Shown here one piece after another: positions 36,550-46,325 of a stretch of DNA of 64,000 nucleotides (position 1 is the first letter of the stretch; each line of letters starts with the position of its first letter). Origin of the DNA: a virus (lineage: Duplodnaviria > Heunggongvirae > Uroviricota > Caudoviricetes); IMG/VR virus record IMGVR_UViG_3300017565_000001, positions 77,741 through 141,740 of that record; one strand, written 5' to 3'. Below the pieces are notes generated by a model. That model did no database searches. It saw only the letters and a program-made list of their open reading frames with translations, and was not told the DNA's origin. A program made the translations under genes and the position numbers.

Positions 36550-37899
36550 TTGGCGCCAGATCAGCTATACTGGCACCTGTTCCTATTCGTCACCGGAGAA
36601 AATATTTTGATTGACACCTTTTTCGCATTGCTGGCACTAATTATCGTGTCGGCAGTGTTGCAGAATCGATACAAGATTCCGTCACCCATCACCCTCATCA
36701 CGGTCGTTCTTGCTGGTAAAGCCGCAGGCATGAACGTGTTCTCGGTCACCGGTTCAGGATTCGATGCCTTGGTGGTGTTGGCGTTCCCACTACTCATTGC
36801 GGCTGATGCCATGAAACTGAAATGGGCAGACATGCGCGAACACTGGGCCAGTTTGGTCTGGGTTGCAGGTGTGTCCGTCATCTTCAGTGTGTTGGCGGGT
36901 GTGGTACTGAACAAATTCTTGTTCCTGGATATTCCTCTGACTCTCAGCGCTGTTGCGGTTCTGTTCTGCATCATCAGTGCAACCGACCCCGTGACAGTAA
37001 GTGCCGTGATGGGCAACTTCAAAGTACCGCACAAGCTGAAGATTCTGGTCGAGGGTGAAAGCCTGTTGAACGACGCAACGGCCATTATTGCATTCAGCAT
37101 TGCGCTCATTGCACTGAACTCTCACGATGCTATCACCATGGAATTCGTTGGCACCAAGATCATTAGCGTGATTTGCGGCGCCGCGGTAGTGGGTGCCACG
37201 TTGGGTTTGCTGTCGTTCCGATTGCTGCGCATGAGTGAAGATCCGTTGATCGAAGCATCCATTCTGATCATGACCGCATACGCATCCTATATCGTGGCTG
37301 AAATGTTCCACTTCAGTGGAATCCTGGCTGTGATTGTGAGCATTGTGCTCTGCAGTGAAAAGATTCGCCGACTGCTAGACGGCCAGGTTACGGTGAGTGG
37401 TCTGACTGATGACTTTGGATTGTTGCGTCATACTCCCATGACAGCCGAAAACCACAAGTTCATCACCAAGATCTTTGAATTTGCGGCGATGATGGCTGCT
37501 GGTGCTCTGTTTGTGTCGATCGCTGCTCTGGTCAATTTCAGTGATATGCTCCTGTACTGGAAGGAAATCATTGCTATCTTCATCGTCAGCACCCTGATTC
37601 GATCAGTCACCATGTTGAAGTTTGCGATCGTCAGCAACAAGTCCAACATGATGAAAGCAAAGATCAGCAAGCATTGGTGGTCGGTTCTCACGTTTGCTGG
37701 CAGCAAGGGTGCGATAAGTATCTTGATGGTACATATGATCCCTGACTCCTTTGAGTACAAGAAGCTCTTTGAAGTCATCGTGATCGGCAACATTATTTTG
37801 AGCACGTTTGTTTACGCGGCTGTACTGGCTATCGTAATCCCGCTCAACAAAGCAAAATTTGACAAGGAAGTCGACGACGAAGTGGCTGCTGGCCACTGA
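36550..37899 (+). CDS. CPA1-family Na+(K+)/H+ antiporter
   Basis: About 11-12 TM helices. SATDPVTVSAVMG and EGESLLNDATAIIAF are signature motifs. Confidence 0.8.
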   Translation: MAPDQLYWHLFLFVTGENILIDTFFALLALIIVSAVLQNRYKIPSPITLITVVLAGKAAGMNVFSVTGSGFDALVVLAFPLLIAADAMKLKWADMREHWASLVWVAGVSVIFSVLAGVVLNKFLFLDIPLTLSAVAVLFCIISATDPVTVSAVMGNFKVPHKLKILVEGESLLNDATAIIAFSIALIALNSHDAITMEFVGTKIISVICGAAVVGATLGLLSFRLLRMSEDPLIEASILIMTAYASYIVAEMFHFSGILAVIVSIVLCSEKIRRLLDGQVTVSGLTDDFGLLRHTPMTAENHKFITKIFEFAAMMAAGALFVSIAALVNFSDMLLYWKEIIAIFIVSTLIRSVTMLKFAIVSNKSNMMKAKISKHWWSVLTFAGSKGAISILMVHMIPDSFEYKKLFEVIVIGNIILSTFVYAAVLAIVIPLNKAKFDKEVDDEVAAGH

Positions 37900-37924
37900 A
37901 TAAACTCTAACCTGTAGGTGAAGT

Positions 37925-39211
37925 ATGAAGAAGCGTAATTATTTGATGGTGGGCTACGGCTCTGTGGCTCAAGGTTTGACTCCCCTGCTGTTCAAGCATT
38001 TTGATATAACGGCAGACCAGATTCAGATCCTGACAGCTGATCTCAGAGGTAAAGAGATTGCTGACAAATATGGGATCCCCTTTACGGTGGAACCCCTAAC
38101 ACCAGACAACTATGAACGCTTATTGAGCACTCATTTGCAGGCTGGTGACATCCTGATCAACTTGTCAGTTGACGTGTCCAGCTACGCATTGGTTGAATGG
38201 TGTTTGGAACATGGCGTCATGTACACTGACACCTGTGTGGAACCGTGGGCTGGTGGTTATGGACTCCAAAGCGGAGATCAACCCCTAACCAACGCTCAAC
38301 TACGTGACAATATTTTGACCCTGCGTGAAACGTTTGGTGCTGACGCACCCACGGCTCTTATTGCGCATGGTGCGAATCCAGGTTTAGTGTCCCATTTCAT
38401 GAAGCGTGGTCTCCACGAGATGGCGAAGAACCAACGACTTGACGTTGACGATCTGTCTTTTGGGGAAGTTGCCGAACTTCTAGGGATCAAGACGATTCAC
38501 ATAGCGGAAGTGGACACACAAGAGGATGGCATTCCCCTTAAGTCGGGTGAATTTGCCAATACTTGGTCTGTCGATGGTTTATTGTCAGAAGGCTATCAGT
38601 TTGCTGAAATGGGTTGCGGTACCCATGAAGAATTGGGCATCAGTGCGACGACTGGTACTCATGGAGCAACTACCAAAGTTCGTTCATGGGTACCGAGCCA
38701 GGGTGAGCAAGAAGCTTACATGATCACGCACCACGAAGCTCTGTCTATCAGTGCATTTCTGGATACTGGTAAGTATCGCCCGTCAACCTATTACGCATAT
38801 CGACCGTCACCAAAGACGTGCCAGTCAATCGATAATTGGGTAGAAGATCAATTCAAAGATCCTGAAATAAAAACGCTCATGGGCCCTACCATCAAGTCTG
38901 GCTATGACGAGCTGGGAGTTTTGTTCGTCACTTCAGTTGGCTCTTATTGGTATGGTTCCACACTGAATCATCAAGATGCAATTTCCTTGATCGATCACAA
39001 CAGTGCAACCACCCTTCAAGTCACTGCGACTATTATCGGTGGCCTTAAGTGGATGCTTGAGAACTCTCGCAAGGGTGTGGTCGAAGCGGAAGACACGGAT
39101 TCAGACTTCATTCTGAATCAAGCATTGCCATATCTGGGTGATGTTCGTGGCGTCTCCACTGACTGGACCGTTAGCGATTTGAGCATCAAAGGTTTTCTGA
39201 AAAGTTGTTGA
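37925..39211 (+). CDS. homospermidine-synthase-like / saccharopine-dehydrogenase-fold enzyme
   Basis: Rossmann fold MVGYGSVAQGLTPLLFKHF resembles the HSS N-terminus. 428 aa. Confidence 0.6.
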   Translation: MKKRNYLMVGYGSVAQGLTPLLFKHFDITADQIQILTADLRGKEIADKYGIPFTVEPLTPDNYERLLSTHLQAGDILINLSVDVSSYALVEWCLEHGVMYTDTCVEPWAGGYGLQSGDQPLTNAQLRDNILTLRETFGADAPTALIAHGANPGLVSHFMKRGLHEMAKNQRLDVDDLSFGEVAELLGIKTIHIAEVDTQEDGIPLKSGEFANTWSVDGLLSEGYQFAEMGCGTHEELGISATTGTHGATTKVRSWVPSQGEQEAYMITHHEALSISAFLDTGKYRPSTYYAYRPSPKTCQSIDNWVEDQFKDPEIKTLMGPTIKSGYDELGVLFVTSVGSYWYGSTLNHQDAISLIDHNSATTLQVTATIIGGLKWMLENSRKGVVEAEDTDSDFILNQALPYLGDVRGVSTDWTVSDLSIKGFLKSC

Positions 39212-39263
39212 TTTGGTAGTGCCAGTTGTTTAGGCTGGCACACCTTAACTTCTACCTATAAAA

Positions 39264-39638
39264 ATGAAACGATCCGCAGTTATTCCGCTCCTGATGCTTG
39301 GCACTCTGTCACTCACCGCTTGTGGTGATGGTGGTGATAAGGTTGACACCAAACAAAACCGCTATTCGTCAGTTGAAGATTGCCGCCGTGATTGGGGTAA
39401 CGATTCGCGTGACTGTACTCCCAGAAGCGGGGGCGGCTATGTGGGCCCGCATTACTTTTGGAACCATTCAACCGGCACGCCCATGGCGGTTGGATCGGAT
39501 GGTTCGACTCGCGCACTCTCAAATTCGTATTTGACCCGCCCTGGTGCGGTGTCTGCTGCGACTGGTACCACTTCACAGAGCTCGATTGCTCGTGGTGGTT
39601 TTGGGTCTTCGGCCCGTGCTTCCTCTGTTGGTGGCTAA
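39264..39638 (+). CDS. DUF1190 (YgiB/YjfM-like) lipoprotein
   Basis: Lipobox LSLTAC. C-terminal IARGGFGSSARASSVGG matches the YgiB C-terminus TRGGFGES...SRSMGG. Confidence 0.6.
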   Translation: MKRSAVIPLLMLGTLSLTACGDGGDKVDTKQNRYSSVEDCRRDWGNDSRDCTPRSGGGYVGPHYFWNHSTGTPMAVGSDGSTRALSNSYLTRPGAVSAATGTTSQSSIARGGFGSSARASSVGG

Positions 39639-40759
39639 TGGAACGTCTTCATGTTATGGCTCGGCCAGATAAGGCCGAGAAGCTGGAAAGTATCGGCCTG
39701 TCGTTCCATGGTTGGGATGACTATTGGAACGAAGACGTGTGTTATCGTTTCACGGCAAAGCAAGTTGATGAACTGGAAGAGGCCACAAACGAATTGCATT
39801 CCATGTGTCTTCGAGCAGTCAAGCATGTGATCGATACCCGCCGATTTGCTGAGCTGGGTATTCCCGAAGCATACTGGGATGCAATCGCCAAGTCTTTCGA
39901 ACAAAGCGACTTCACGCTTTATGGTCGGTTTGACTTCGCGTATGATGGCGTGAATCCTCCCAAGATGCTCGAATACAATGCTGACACGCCAACCAGTCTG
40001 CTGGAGAGCGCCGTCGCACAATGGTATTGGATGGAAGACAAGTTTCCAGATGCTGACCAATTCAATTCTCTGCATGACAAGTTGGTTGCTCGCTGGAAAG
40101 CCCTCGATCCCAAGTATCACACTATTCACTTCGCTTCAATCTCTGAAAACGAGGAAGACTGGGTATGCGTCCATTACTTGATGGAAACTGCAATCCAGGC
40201 TGGTCGCATTGCTCGTCACATCTATGTTGAAGACATTGGCTACAATGAAAAGAGTGAAACGTTCGTTGATGTCAATGGTGATGAGATCCTGGCTTTGTTC
40301 AAACTGTACCCCTGGGAGTGGTTGATGGTTGAGGAATTTGGCCAGCACGTTGCCAAATCCAAGACATTGTTTATCGAGCCCATGTGGAAGTCAGTCCTGA
40401 GCAACAAGGGAATTCTGGCTATCTTGTGGGAATTGTTCCCCGATCATCCCAACCTGTTGCCTGCATATCTGGAACCCAACAAGCTGTCATCGTACGCAAA
40501 GAAGCCATTCTTCTCACGTGAAGGTGCGAATGTCGAACTGATTCAAGATGGCAAACAAGTTGCTGCCGACGAAGGTCCCTACGGTGCAGAAGGCCATGTC
40601 TATCAGCAACTCACTGAATTACCGGTATTCGAAGGATGCTATCCAGTCGTTGGCTCATGGGTTGTTGGTGACGAGTCGGCTGGTATTTGCATTCGCGAAG
40701 ATGTGCTGAAGATCACCACCAACATGAGCAATTTCATCCCCCACTATTTCACTGAATAA
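39639..40759 (+). CDS. glutathionylspermidine-synthase-like ATP-grasp amidoligase (YgiC/YjfC family)
   Basis: FDFAYDGVNPPKMLEYNADTPTSLLE is the GspS pre-ATP-grasp signature. About 373 aa. Confidence 0.75.
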
Positions 40760-40774
40760 TCAAGGAGCTTTAAC

Positions 40775-41167
40775 ATGAATCTTACCCCTTTCTTCAATTT
40801 CATCCTGTACTTCTTCACAGGGCTGGTCCTGCTGGGCGTCTTCACCTACATGTACGAAAAGGTCACGCCGTACCGTGAATTCGAACTCATCAAGGAAGGC
40901 AATGTTGCCGCAGCCATTGCACTTGGTGGCGCGATGCTGGGTTTCGTGATCCCGCTCTGCAGTGTGATCTATTTCACCCATAGCCTGGTTGAAATGATCA
41001 AGTGGGCGATTGTAGTTGGTGTGGTGCAACTCATTACCTTCGAAGTCATTCATCGCTTGCATGGTTTTGGTGATTGCGTCAAAGAAGGTCGGGTTGCTGG
41101 TGCAGTATTCCTGGCTTTCAGCTCGATCTCGGTTGGTTTGCTGAACGCACTGAGTATCAGCTACTAA
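40775..41167 (+). CDS. DUF350 (YjfL-like) inner-membrane protein
   Basis: YEKVTPYREFELIKEGNVAAAIALGGAMLGFVIPL matches the DUF350 core. Confidence 0.65.
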   Translation: MNLTPFFNFILYFFTGLVLLGVFTYMYEKVTPYREFELIKEGNVAAAIALGGAMLGFVIPLCSVIYFTHSLVEMIKWAIVVGVVQLITFEVIHRLHGFGDCVKEGRVAGAVFLAFSSISVGLLNALSISY

Positions 41168-41177
41168 TAACCAGGTG

Positions 41178-41206
41178 TTGACTCCTAGTTCATTTGGTAC
41201 CATAAT
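41178..41206 (+). promoter_or_regulatory. sigma70-like promoter TTGACT-N17-CATAAT with TTCATTTGG box and conserved leader
   Basis: Followed by ACATGGTAGACAAACACTAGGAGCAACAC-ATG. Confidence 0.55.
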
Positions 41207-41240
41207 GTGAAACATGGTAGACAAACACTAGGAGCAACAC

Positions 41241-41522
41241 ATGGCGATCGTTACCTCGAAATTCAAGAACATTCCCCTGAACGTTGAAGGTGCGCTGCTC
41301 GCTCGTGAACACCGGACGATGTGTCCCAATGGTTTCAGCGTTGGCCGCATCGACCACTTCACGGTGAAGTCCATGAGTGAACTGGCATCTCGGGTGCGCC
41401 GTCGCATCATCAAAGATGGTTCGGAATTCGGTAAGGGTGAATACGTTACTACCGTGATCATGCAACCCGACCCCTGGGGCACGGAAAACCGTGAAACGGT
41501 CGAAATCCGTTTCACCATCTAA
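41241..41522 (+). CDS. hypothetical protein (codon-optimised)
   Basis: 93 aa ORF behind a strong promoter and leader. Confidence 0.55.
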   Translation: MAIVTSKFKNIPLNVEGALLAREHRTMCPNGFSVGRIDHFTVKSMSELASRVRRRIIKDGSEFGKGEYVTTVIMQPDPWGTENRETVEIRFTI

Positions 41523-41531
41523 GGTACTCGC

Positions 41532-42098
41532 ATGTCTGGTGACAATCAGTGGCGGAACCTAGCCCTAAAGTTCGACGAACATCGAATGCAAGCTCTGGGG
41601 CATTTACGGACCCTGCTCGAACATCCACAGACTCACGCTGATGCAGTTCGTGAGTTCTTGAAAGCACCACCCCTGAGCGGTGAAAAGGTATTGGCCGAGC
41701 GCATACAAGCAATGGCTGGCAATCAACCCAAGTTGGCTGTATGGTATGGTTCCATGCCAGAATCAAACGGCAAAAGCAACTGGACGGCACTGCTACATCG
41801 TGCTGACGAAAGTCCGTTCAGGGGCCAAACGATGACGATTGATCGTTCCGAGTATCCCGATCGTGTTCGTTATGCCGCCGATGAAGTCAGGTATTTGATC
41901 GGTGAAATCTCGGAAGAGCCAGACATTTTGGCGTACGATGCCAACAAGTACACGGGACCGCCCCGCCCACAGATGAGCGCAGAAAACCTGCAGAAATTGT
42001 GGGATATGGCTGGGGAGCTTCTGAAACCTGGTGAGGCCCAGCACATAAAGTATGCTCACTTGCTTGATGCATACCTGGATGGCGAAATTACTTTGTAA
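41532..42098 (+). CDS. hypothetical protein
   Basis: 188 aa ORF. Confidence 0.5.
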   Translation: MSGDNQWRNLALKFDEHRMQALGHLRTLLEHPQTHADAVREFLKAPPLSGEKVLAERIQAMAGNQPKLAVWYGSMPESNGKSNWTALLHRADESPFRGQTMTIDRSEYPDRVRYAADEVRYLIGEISEEPDILAYDANKYTGPPRPQMSAENLQKLWDMAGELLKPGEAQHIKYAHLLDAYLDGEITL

Positions 42099-42116
42099 CC
42101 AGGTGAAATATTTTCT

Positions 42117-42145
42117 TCATTTGGTGTTGACTCCAAGTGAAACCA
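42117..42145 (+). promoter_or_regulatory. sigma70-like promoter TTGACT-N17-TATCAT plus conserved leader
   Basis: Leader ACATGGTAAACAACAGCAAGGAGCAAAAC-ATG. Confidence 0.5.
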
Positions 42146-42189
42146 GGTATATCATTTGATACATGGTAAACAACAGCAAGGAGCAAAAC

Positions 42190-42564
42190 ATGGCACAAGC
42201 AAACGTTTCGATGGCGATCAAGCACATTCGTCGTGTTGCAGCAAGCAACGTGGCAAGCGGTGAAAAGGAACTCGAAAAGTTCGCCAAGAACCTGCAAGAG
42301 CGGCCCGACTATGCGCTGGAGTGGGGCGACAAGGCTTTTCATGATGCTGCCAAGGTGTTCGTCTACAAGCAGGTTGCTGAGCTGGTTGCGGCCACGGATA
42401 ACCTGACTGATGAGCAAATGCTGGAACGTCTGACCAAGGTGATCCAAAGCGAAATCGTTCGCGGTGCTCGCTTCCCCAGCCGCTCGTCCAGCCACTGCAC
42501 GAACCTGATGGCCACGTACAAGCTGGCCGTCTGGGCCGACGCTGGTGAGCTTGTGGGTCTGTAA
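42190..42564 (+). CDS. hypothetical protein (codon-optimised)
   Basis: ATG at 42190 after AGGAGCAAAAC. Confidence 0.55.
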   Translation: MAQANVSMAIKHIRRVAASNVASGEKELEKFAKNLQERPDYALEWGDKAFHDAAKVFVYKQVAELVAATDNLTDEQMLERLTKVIQSEIVRGARFPSRSSSHCTNLMATYKLAVWADAGELVGL

Positions 42565-42636
42565 CCCACATCCACACAAGTTGAGCAAGACGGTGTTACT
42601 CTATGGTGACACAGTCTTCATTTCACTGGAGGTCTT

Positions 42637-42888
42637 ATGCGCAGTCGTTGCCTGCTTCACAAAACCCGTCTTGAAGAGTTCCGTGATTATTGTGCGACAC
42701 AAGGTTGGGTCCTTGAACCCGCCAAGGGCGATTACGAGGTTTTGCGAATGCGGCACAAGGATGTAAAAGAGCCTCTCATGGTTCATGAGAAGTCGGGCGC
42801 AAAAGAACATCTCACTACCTGGGGTCACAGCCAGAAGTGGGTGCAAAAGTTCCTGCGCAACAAACCCAAGGAGACTGTACCCCAATGA
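42637..42888 (+). CDS. hypothetical protein
   Basis: 83 aa ORF. Confidence 0.4.
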   Translation: MRSRCLLHKTRLEEFRDYCATQGWVLEPAKGDYEVLRMRHKDVKEPLMVHEKSGAKEHLTTWGHSQKWVQKFLRNKPKETVPQ

Positions 42889-43142
42889 AGTTTGAATTGA
42901 ATCGCAGAACTCTGCAAGTGCAAATGGTTCGCGATGATGAACTTTCCACACCAGAACTACTGCGTCGAGTCAAATACCAGTTTCGCTCACATATCAATAA
43001 CATGGAAATACTTGATGGGGAAATCCTTGACCTCATCAGCAAAGTGAAGGGTGGAACACGTAATATCAGATATTTGGTCAATGGTGGTAATGTTCTGAGA
43101 TTACGTGACATCGCCAATTTCATCGTCCACCAAATCACTTGA
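42887..43142 (+). CDS. hypothetical protein
   Basis: ATG at 42887 overlaps the upstream stop (ATGA overlap). Confidence 0.4.
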
Positions 43143-43178
43143 TTTCAAATGAAGATGCCACTATAATGTGGCATCTTC
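43139..43178 (+). promoter_or_regulatory. promoter TTGATT-N17-TATAAT whose -10 is flanked by a perfect 11-bp inverted repeat
   Basis: GAAGATGCCAC-TATAAT-GTGGCATCTTC at 43151-43178. Confidence 0.5.
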
Positions 43179-43194
43179 ATGTTTGGAGTCACTA

Positions 43195-43545
43195 ATGACC
43201 TTTGATGAACATCAATTAGCCATGGCAATCGTGGAACGCTTCCACGATGGGGCGCAGAAAGCGGGGATTGTGTGGACCCTAGCCGATCTCGGTCATCGTG
43301 ACGGATTGATGAGCGACGATGACGAGAGTGATGATCCCTACAGCGTCCCACTGTTTGCTGAACATGGTACTGCTATCCGCCATGTCCTGGAGATGGAAAT
43401 CGCCATCTTTGTGTTCCGCAGGCTGAATGGATGTTGGGGTGAAGTGGTTGACGGAATGCACGATGCTCGTTGTCGCTTCATCAACGAATACAGGGAAAAG
43501 ACTGGATACCAGATTGATACCAAGCAAGAAAATTTGATCTGGTAG
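43195..43545 (+). CDS. hypothetical protein
   Basis: ORF. RBS TGGAGTCACTA. Confidence 0.5.
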   Translation: MTFDEHQLAMAIVERFHDGAQKAGIVWTLADLGHRDGLMSDDDESDDPYSVPLFAEHGTAIRHVLEMEIAIFVFRRLNGCWGEVVDGMHDARCRFINEYREKTGYQIDTKQENLIW

Positions 43546-43547
43546 TC

Positions 43548-43576
43548 TTGACGCCAAATGAAGATGTCATTATAAT
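43548..43576 (+). promoter_or_regulatory. promoter TTGACG-N17-TATAAT (CCAAATGAAGATG box), paralogous to the 43139 promoter
   Basis: Same architecture with an imperfect inverted repeat around the -10. Confidence 0.5.
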
Positions 43577-43602
43577 GTGGCATCTATTCATAGGAGAGCG
43601 TC

Positions 43603-43824
43603 ATGTGTCAATGTAACCAAATCGGTGGCCCCTTCATCGCAGAAGACCCGGATTGTCCTGTTCATGGCACCGAGGCTCAAGCCCGCGCACGTCAATTTGA
43701 AATCGCTGACCTCAACACGGTGAGCTTCGTTCCCGAAGGTATCCAAGTTCACACGGAGTACGAGGGTACGATCCTGATCTCACGCGATCTCATCCAACAA
43801 TATCTGCAATCACAAGGAGAATAA
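43603..43824 (+). CDS. hypothetical Cys-containing small protein
   Basis: 73 aa ORF. Confidence 0.45.
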   Translation: MCQCNQIGGPFIAEDPDCPVHGTEAQARARQFEIADLNTVSFVPEGIQVHTEYEGTILISRDLIQQYLQSQGE

Positions 43825-43827
43825 ATC

Positions 43828-44091
43828 ATGTTCAGCCGCAAAACGAATCGTCCTGGTTCCATGCACCGTTCCTCCCTGGACATGCCCATGGGTTGGCTGT
43901 TCAAGGTCGTCCCGTTCTTCGTCTGTGTGGTTTTCGCACTGATACTAGCCTGGTACGTATTTCTGGGTGTCCTTCTCGTCAAGGGTTACGACAAGATCGA
44001 TGAAGTCGGCCTGAAGGGTGCGATGGAATCGGTGTGGTGCGGCAAGCAAGTTGATTGCAAACTACCTTCCTTGACAGAATTCGTTCGTTGA
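43828..44091 (+). CDS. small membrane protein
   Basis: Single TM VVPFFVCVVFALILAWYVFLGVLLV. Confidence 0.45.
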   Translation: MFSRKTNRPGSMHRSSLDMPMGWLFKVVPFFVCVVFALILAWYVFLGVLLVKGYDKIDEVGLKGAMESVWCGKQVDCKLPSLTEFVR

Positions 44092-44161
44092 TGCTCATTT
44101 GGTGTTGACTCTGAGCACCATTCATGTACCATCTACGAGTGATGTATTCAAGGAGGTGTCC

Positions 44162-44746
44162 GTGAGTTCCAAGAAGGTCCGCTCTTTTGGTGAAGCACTT
44201 GAAAAGTACCTGAATTGTACTTTCGTATATCCTTCACCTCAGACGTGGATGAAAGATCACGGTGTGGCGGAAGGCGGAGAACTCATCCTGCCAGGTGGTA
44301 AGCCTGTCGAATATTCACTTACCATCACAAACACTTCCCAAATGGCGGTCATGGTACAAGTGACCGCCCTTTCTTTCAATGGTCATTCATTCAAGGTTCT
44401 GGATTCTGGTTCGTTACCCAAGTCACGGGTGTTGGCTGAAAACGAACTCGAAACGCATGAACGTTTGCTGGGGACCAGAGACAAACGCAGTGTTCTGCAT
44501 TTTGCTCGACGCATTGAACAGGAAATTGCTCGTTTGGTTCGTGTTGCCAACGAACGCAAGCAGCGTAGGGCGCGAGAGCAAGCCAGAGGACTCACCAAAG
44601 AGCAAGTACTCGCTCATCAAATCACCAAACAATTTCCGGATTTGGATCCCGGCCGCGTCGATGCGGTGGTCAAAGTTGCCACACTCTATGCAAAGAACAA
44701 CAAACAAGCAAAAGAACTGGCCGAAGAAATCGTCGGCCTCTTGTAG
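44162..44746 (+). CDS. hypothetical protein
   Basis: GTG at 44162 after RBS GGAGGTG. Confidence 0.45.
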   Translation: MSSKKVRSFGEALEKYLNCTFVYPSPQTWMKDHGVAEGGELILPGGKPVEYSLTITNTSQMAVMVQVTALSFNGHSFKVLDSGSLPKSRVLAENELETHERLLGTRDKRSVLHFARRIEQEIARLVRVANERKQRRAREQARGLTKEQVLAHQITKQFPDLDPGRVDAVVKVATLYAKNNKQAKELAEEIVGLL

Positions 44747-44800
44747 TTGATCCGCAAGCCAAACGAATATAAACTTTGGTTTGTAGAAATTGGAGAACAC

Positions 44801-45074
44801 GATGGAAGTTACCAAGGATTCATTGCAAACCAAGTCAATCTCGGATATTGCTGCCACTATATTCTCGGACTGGAAACCGGTGAGCCCTCATGCTCGTCCG
44901 TACCTGGATGCCATGTTGGATCTACTCACCATCAATGATCAGTATGGCGCAGATTCCGGCTACACGATCGTGGCATACTTCTTGTCCAATGCATCGGGCT
45001 ACCGAGGCGAAACGGCCAAGATGATCAAGGCCGAACTGAAGCGCCGCTGCACTCAATACGAAAAAAGCAAATAG
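44801..45074 (+). CDS. hypothetical protein
   Basis: ORF. Confidence 0.45.
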
Positions 45075-45081
45075 GAGCACC

Positions 45082-45318
45082 ATGTATCACGTTGTCATCT
45101 ACAAAGCTACCCGTCCGCCCAAAGTGGTTCCATCCAAAGAGAATCACACGCTGGCCACTGCGCTGGAAAAGGCGCAAATCTTGTATCAATCCTACGTGGA
45201 ACTGTTCGCTGGTGGATTCACATCCACGGCAACTGCCATCTTGGTCGTCAATGACGATCAACTGGAGATGATCCAGAATGGTAGTTTCGCCGCGACTCAT
45301 CAATACGGGCCTATCTGA
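45082..45318 (+). CDS. hypothetical protein
   Basis: ORF. RBS AGGAGCACC. Confidence 0.45.
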   Translation: MYHVVIYKATRPPKVVPSKENHTLATALEKAQILYQSYVELFAGGFTSTATAILVVNDDQLEMIQNGSFAATHQYGPI

Positions 45319-45917
45319 TGGACCATCAAGCGATCATTCGCAAGTCCGTATCAGCTCAAGGCTTTCTGCCTGCCATGGCCGACCTTCTCATCTACCTGTA
45401 TGGTGAGCCACACCGTCATTATCACGGGCTCGTACATCTTGCGCAGCTCATTGAACGTGTGAGAGACAAAGGCATCAAACTGTCATACGTTCAATGGTTG
45501 GCGCTGTATTTTCATGATGCAGTGAGTAACCTCACTCGCCCCAAGGGTGAGAACGAGCGGCAGTCGGCCGAAATGCTTCGTGCGATTGGTGCCCGATATT
45601 ACATCGGAACAAGTGATATTCAGAAAGCAACGGGAATCATCCTTGACACCATTGACCATCAACCAACTGTTGAAGGATCAGCAATTGTGCTAGATCTGGA
45701 CATGGCCGGGTTGGCAAAACCCTGGGAAGATTTTCTGGATGATTCGGTGTTGGTCTACAAGGAAGTGGAATCTCTAGTGACCTGGGAGGAGTATTCGATT
45801 CGTCGAGCTAAGTTCTTTGAGTCGGTTCTCATCAATCAGAACATCTTCCACACTCCGGAATTCGCCCAAGAAGAAGTGTTGGCGAGAGCCAACATGCAGC
45901 GAGTAATCAACAAATAA
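45318..45917 (+). CDS. putative HD-domain phosphohydrolase
   Basis: HxH...H (RHYHGLVH) followed by ALYFHDAV (HD), with later Asp residues. No GYP motif. Confidence 0.45.
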   Translation: MDHQAIIRKSVSAQGFLPAMADLLIYLYGEPHRHYHGLVHLAQLIERVRDKGIKLSYVQWLALYFHDAVSNLTRPKGENERQSAEMLRAIGARYYIGTSDIQKATGIILDTIDHQPTVEGSAIVLDLDMAGLAKPWEDFLDDSVLVYKEVESLVTWEEYSIRRAKFFESVLINQNIFHTPEFAQEEVLARANMQRVINK

Positions 45918-45927
45918 GGGGCGAAAG

Positions 45928-46260
45928 ATGACATTGAAAACCGGCCATGAAAAGGTGCTGCCACGCAAACGTCCAGTCAGGTTCAACAAACTTGAAACTG
46001 TGGTGTTTCTGTTGATCATTTGCGCCGTCATCTTTGGTGTATTGGCGATCTATCTGGCTTATCATGGCGCATATGCATTGGGGGTCCATTTTGGTTTTGA
46101 TGGTAATACCACTGCCATCCTTACCTTCGTCCTTTACACCTTTGCGCGATACAAGGGGTTTCGGAATCGACGGATTAGTGGATCCATGGCTCGAGGAGTT
46201 TGCAGGATCCTTGAAATGGGTTGCGTGGGTATGGGAATAATCACGCTACTATCCATTTAG
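45928..46260 (+). CDS. membrane protein
   Basis: Two or three hydrophobic helices. Confidence 0.45.
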   Translation: MTLKTGHEKVLPRKRPVRFNKLETVVFLLIICAVIFGVLAIYLAYHGAYALGVHFGFDGNTTAILTFVLYTFARYKGFRNRRISGSMARGVCRILEMGCVGMGIITLLSI

Positions 46261-46325
46261 TGCTTGCAAGTTGCGCCAAATGAACGTAATATACGAACAT
46301 GGTAAACGCAACGGAGCAAACGCAA

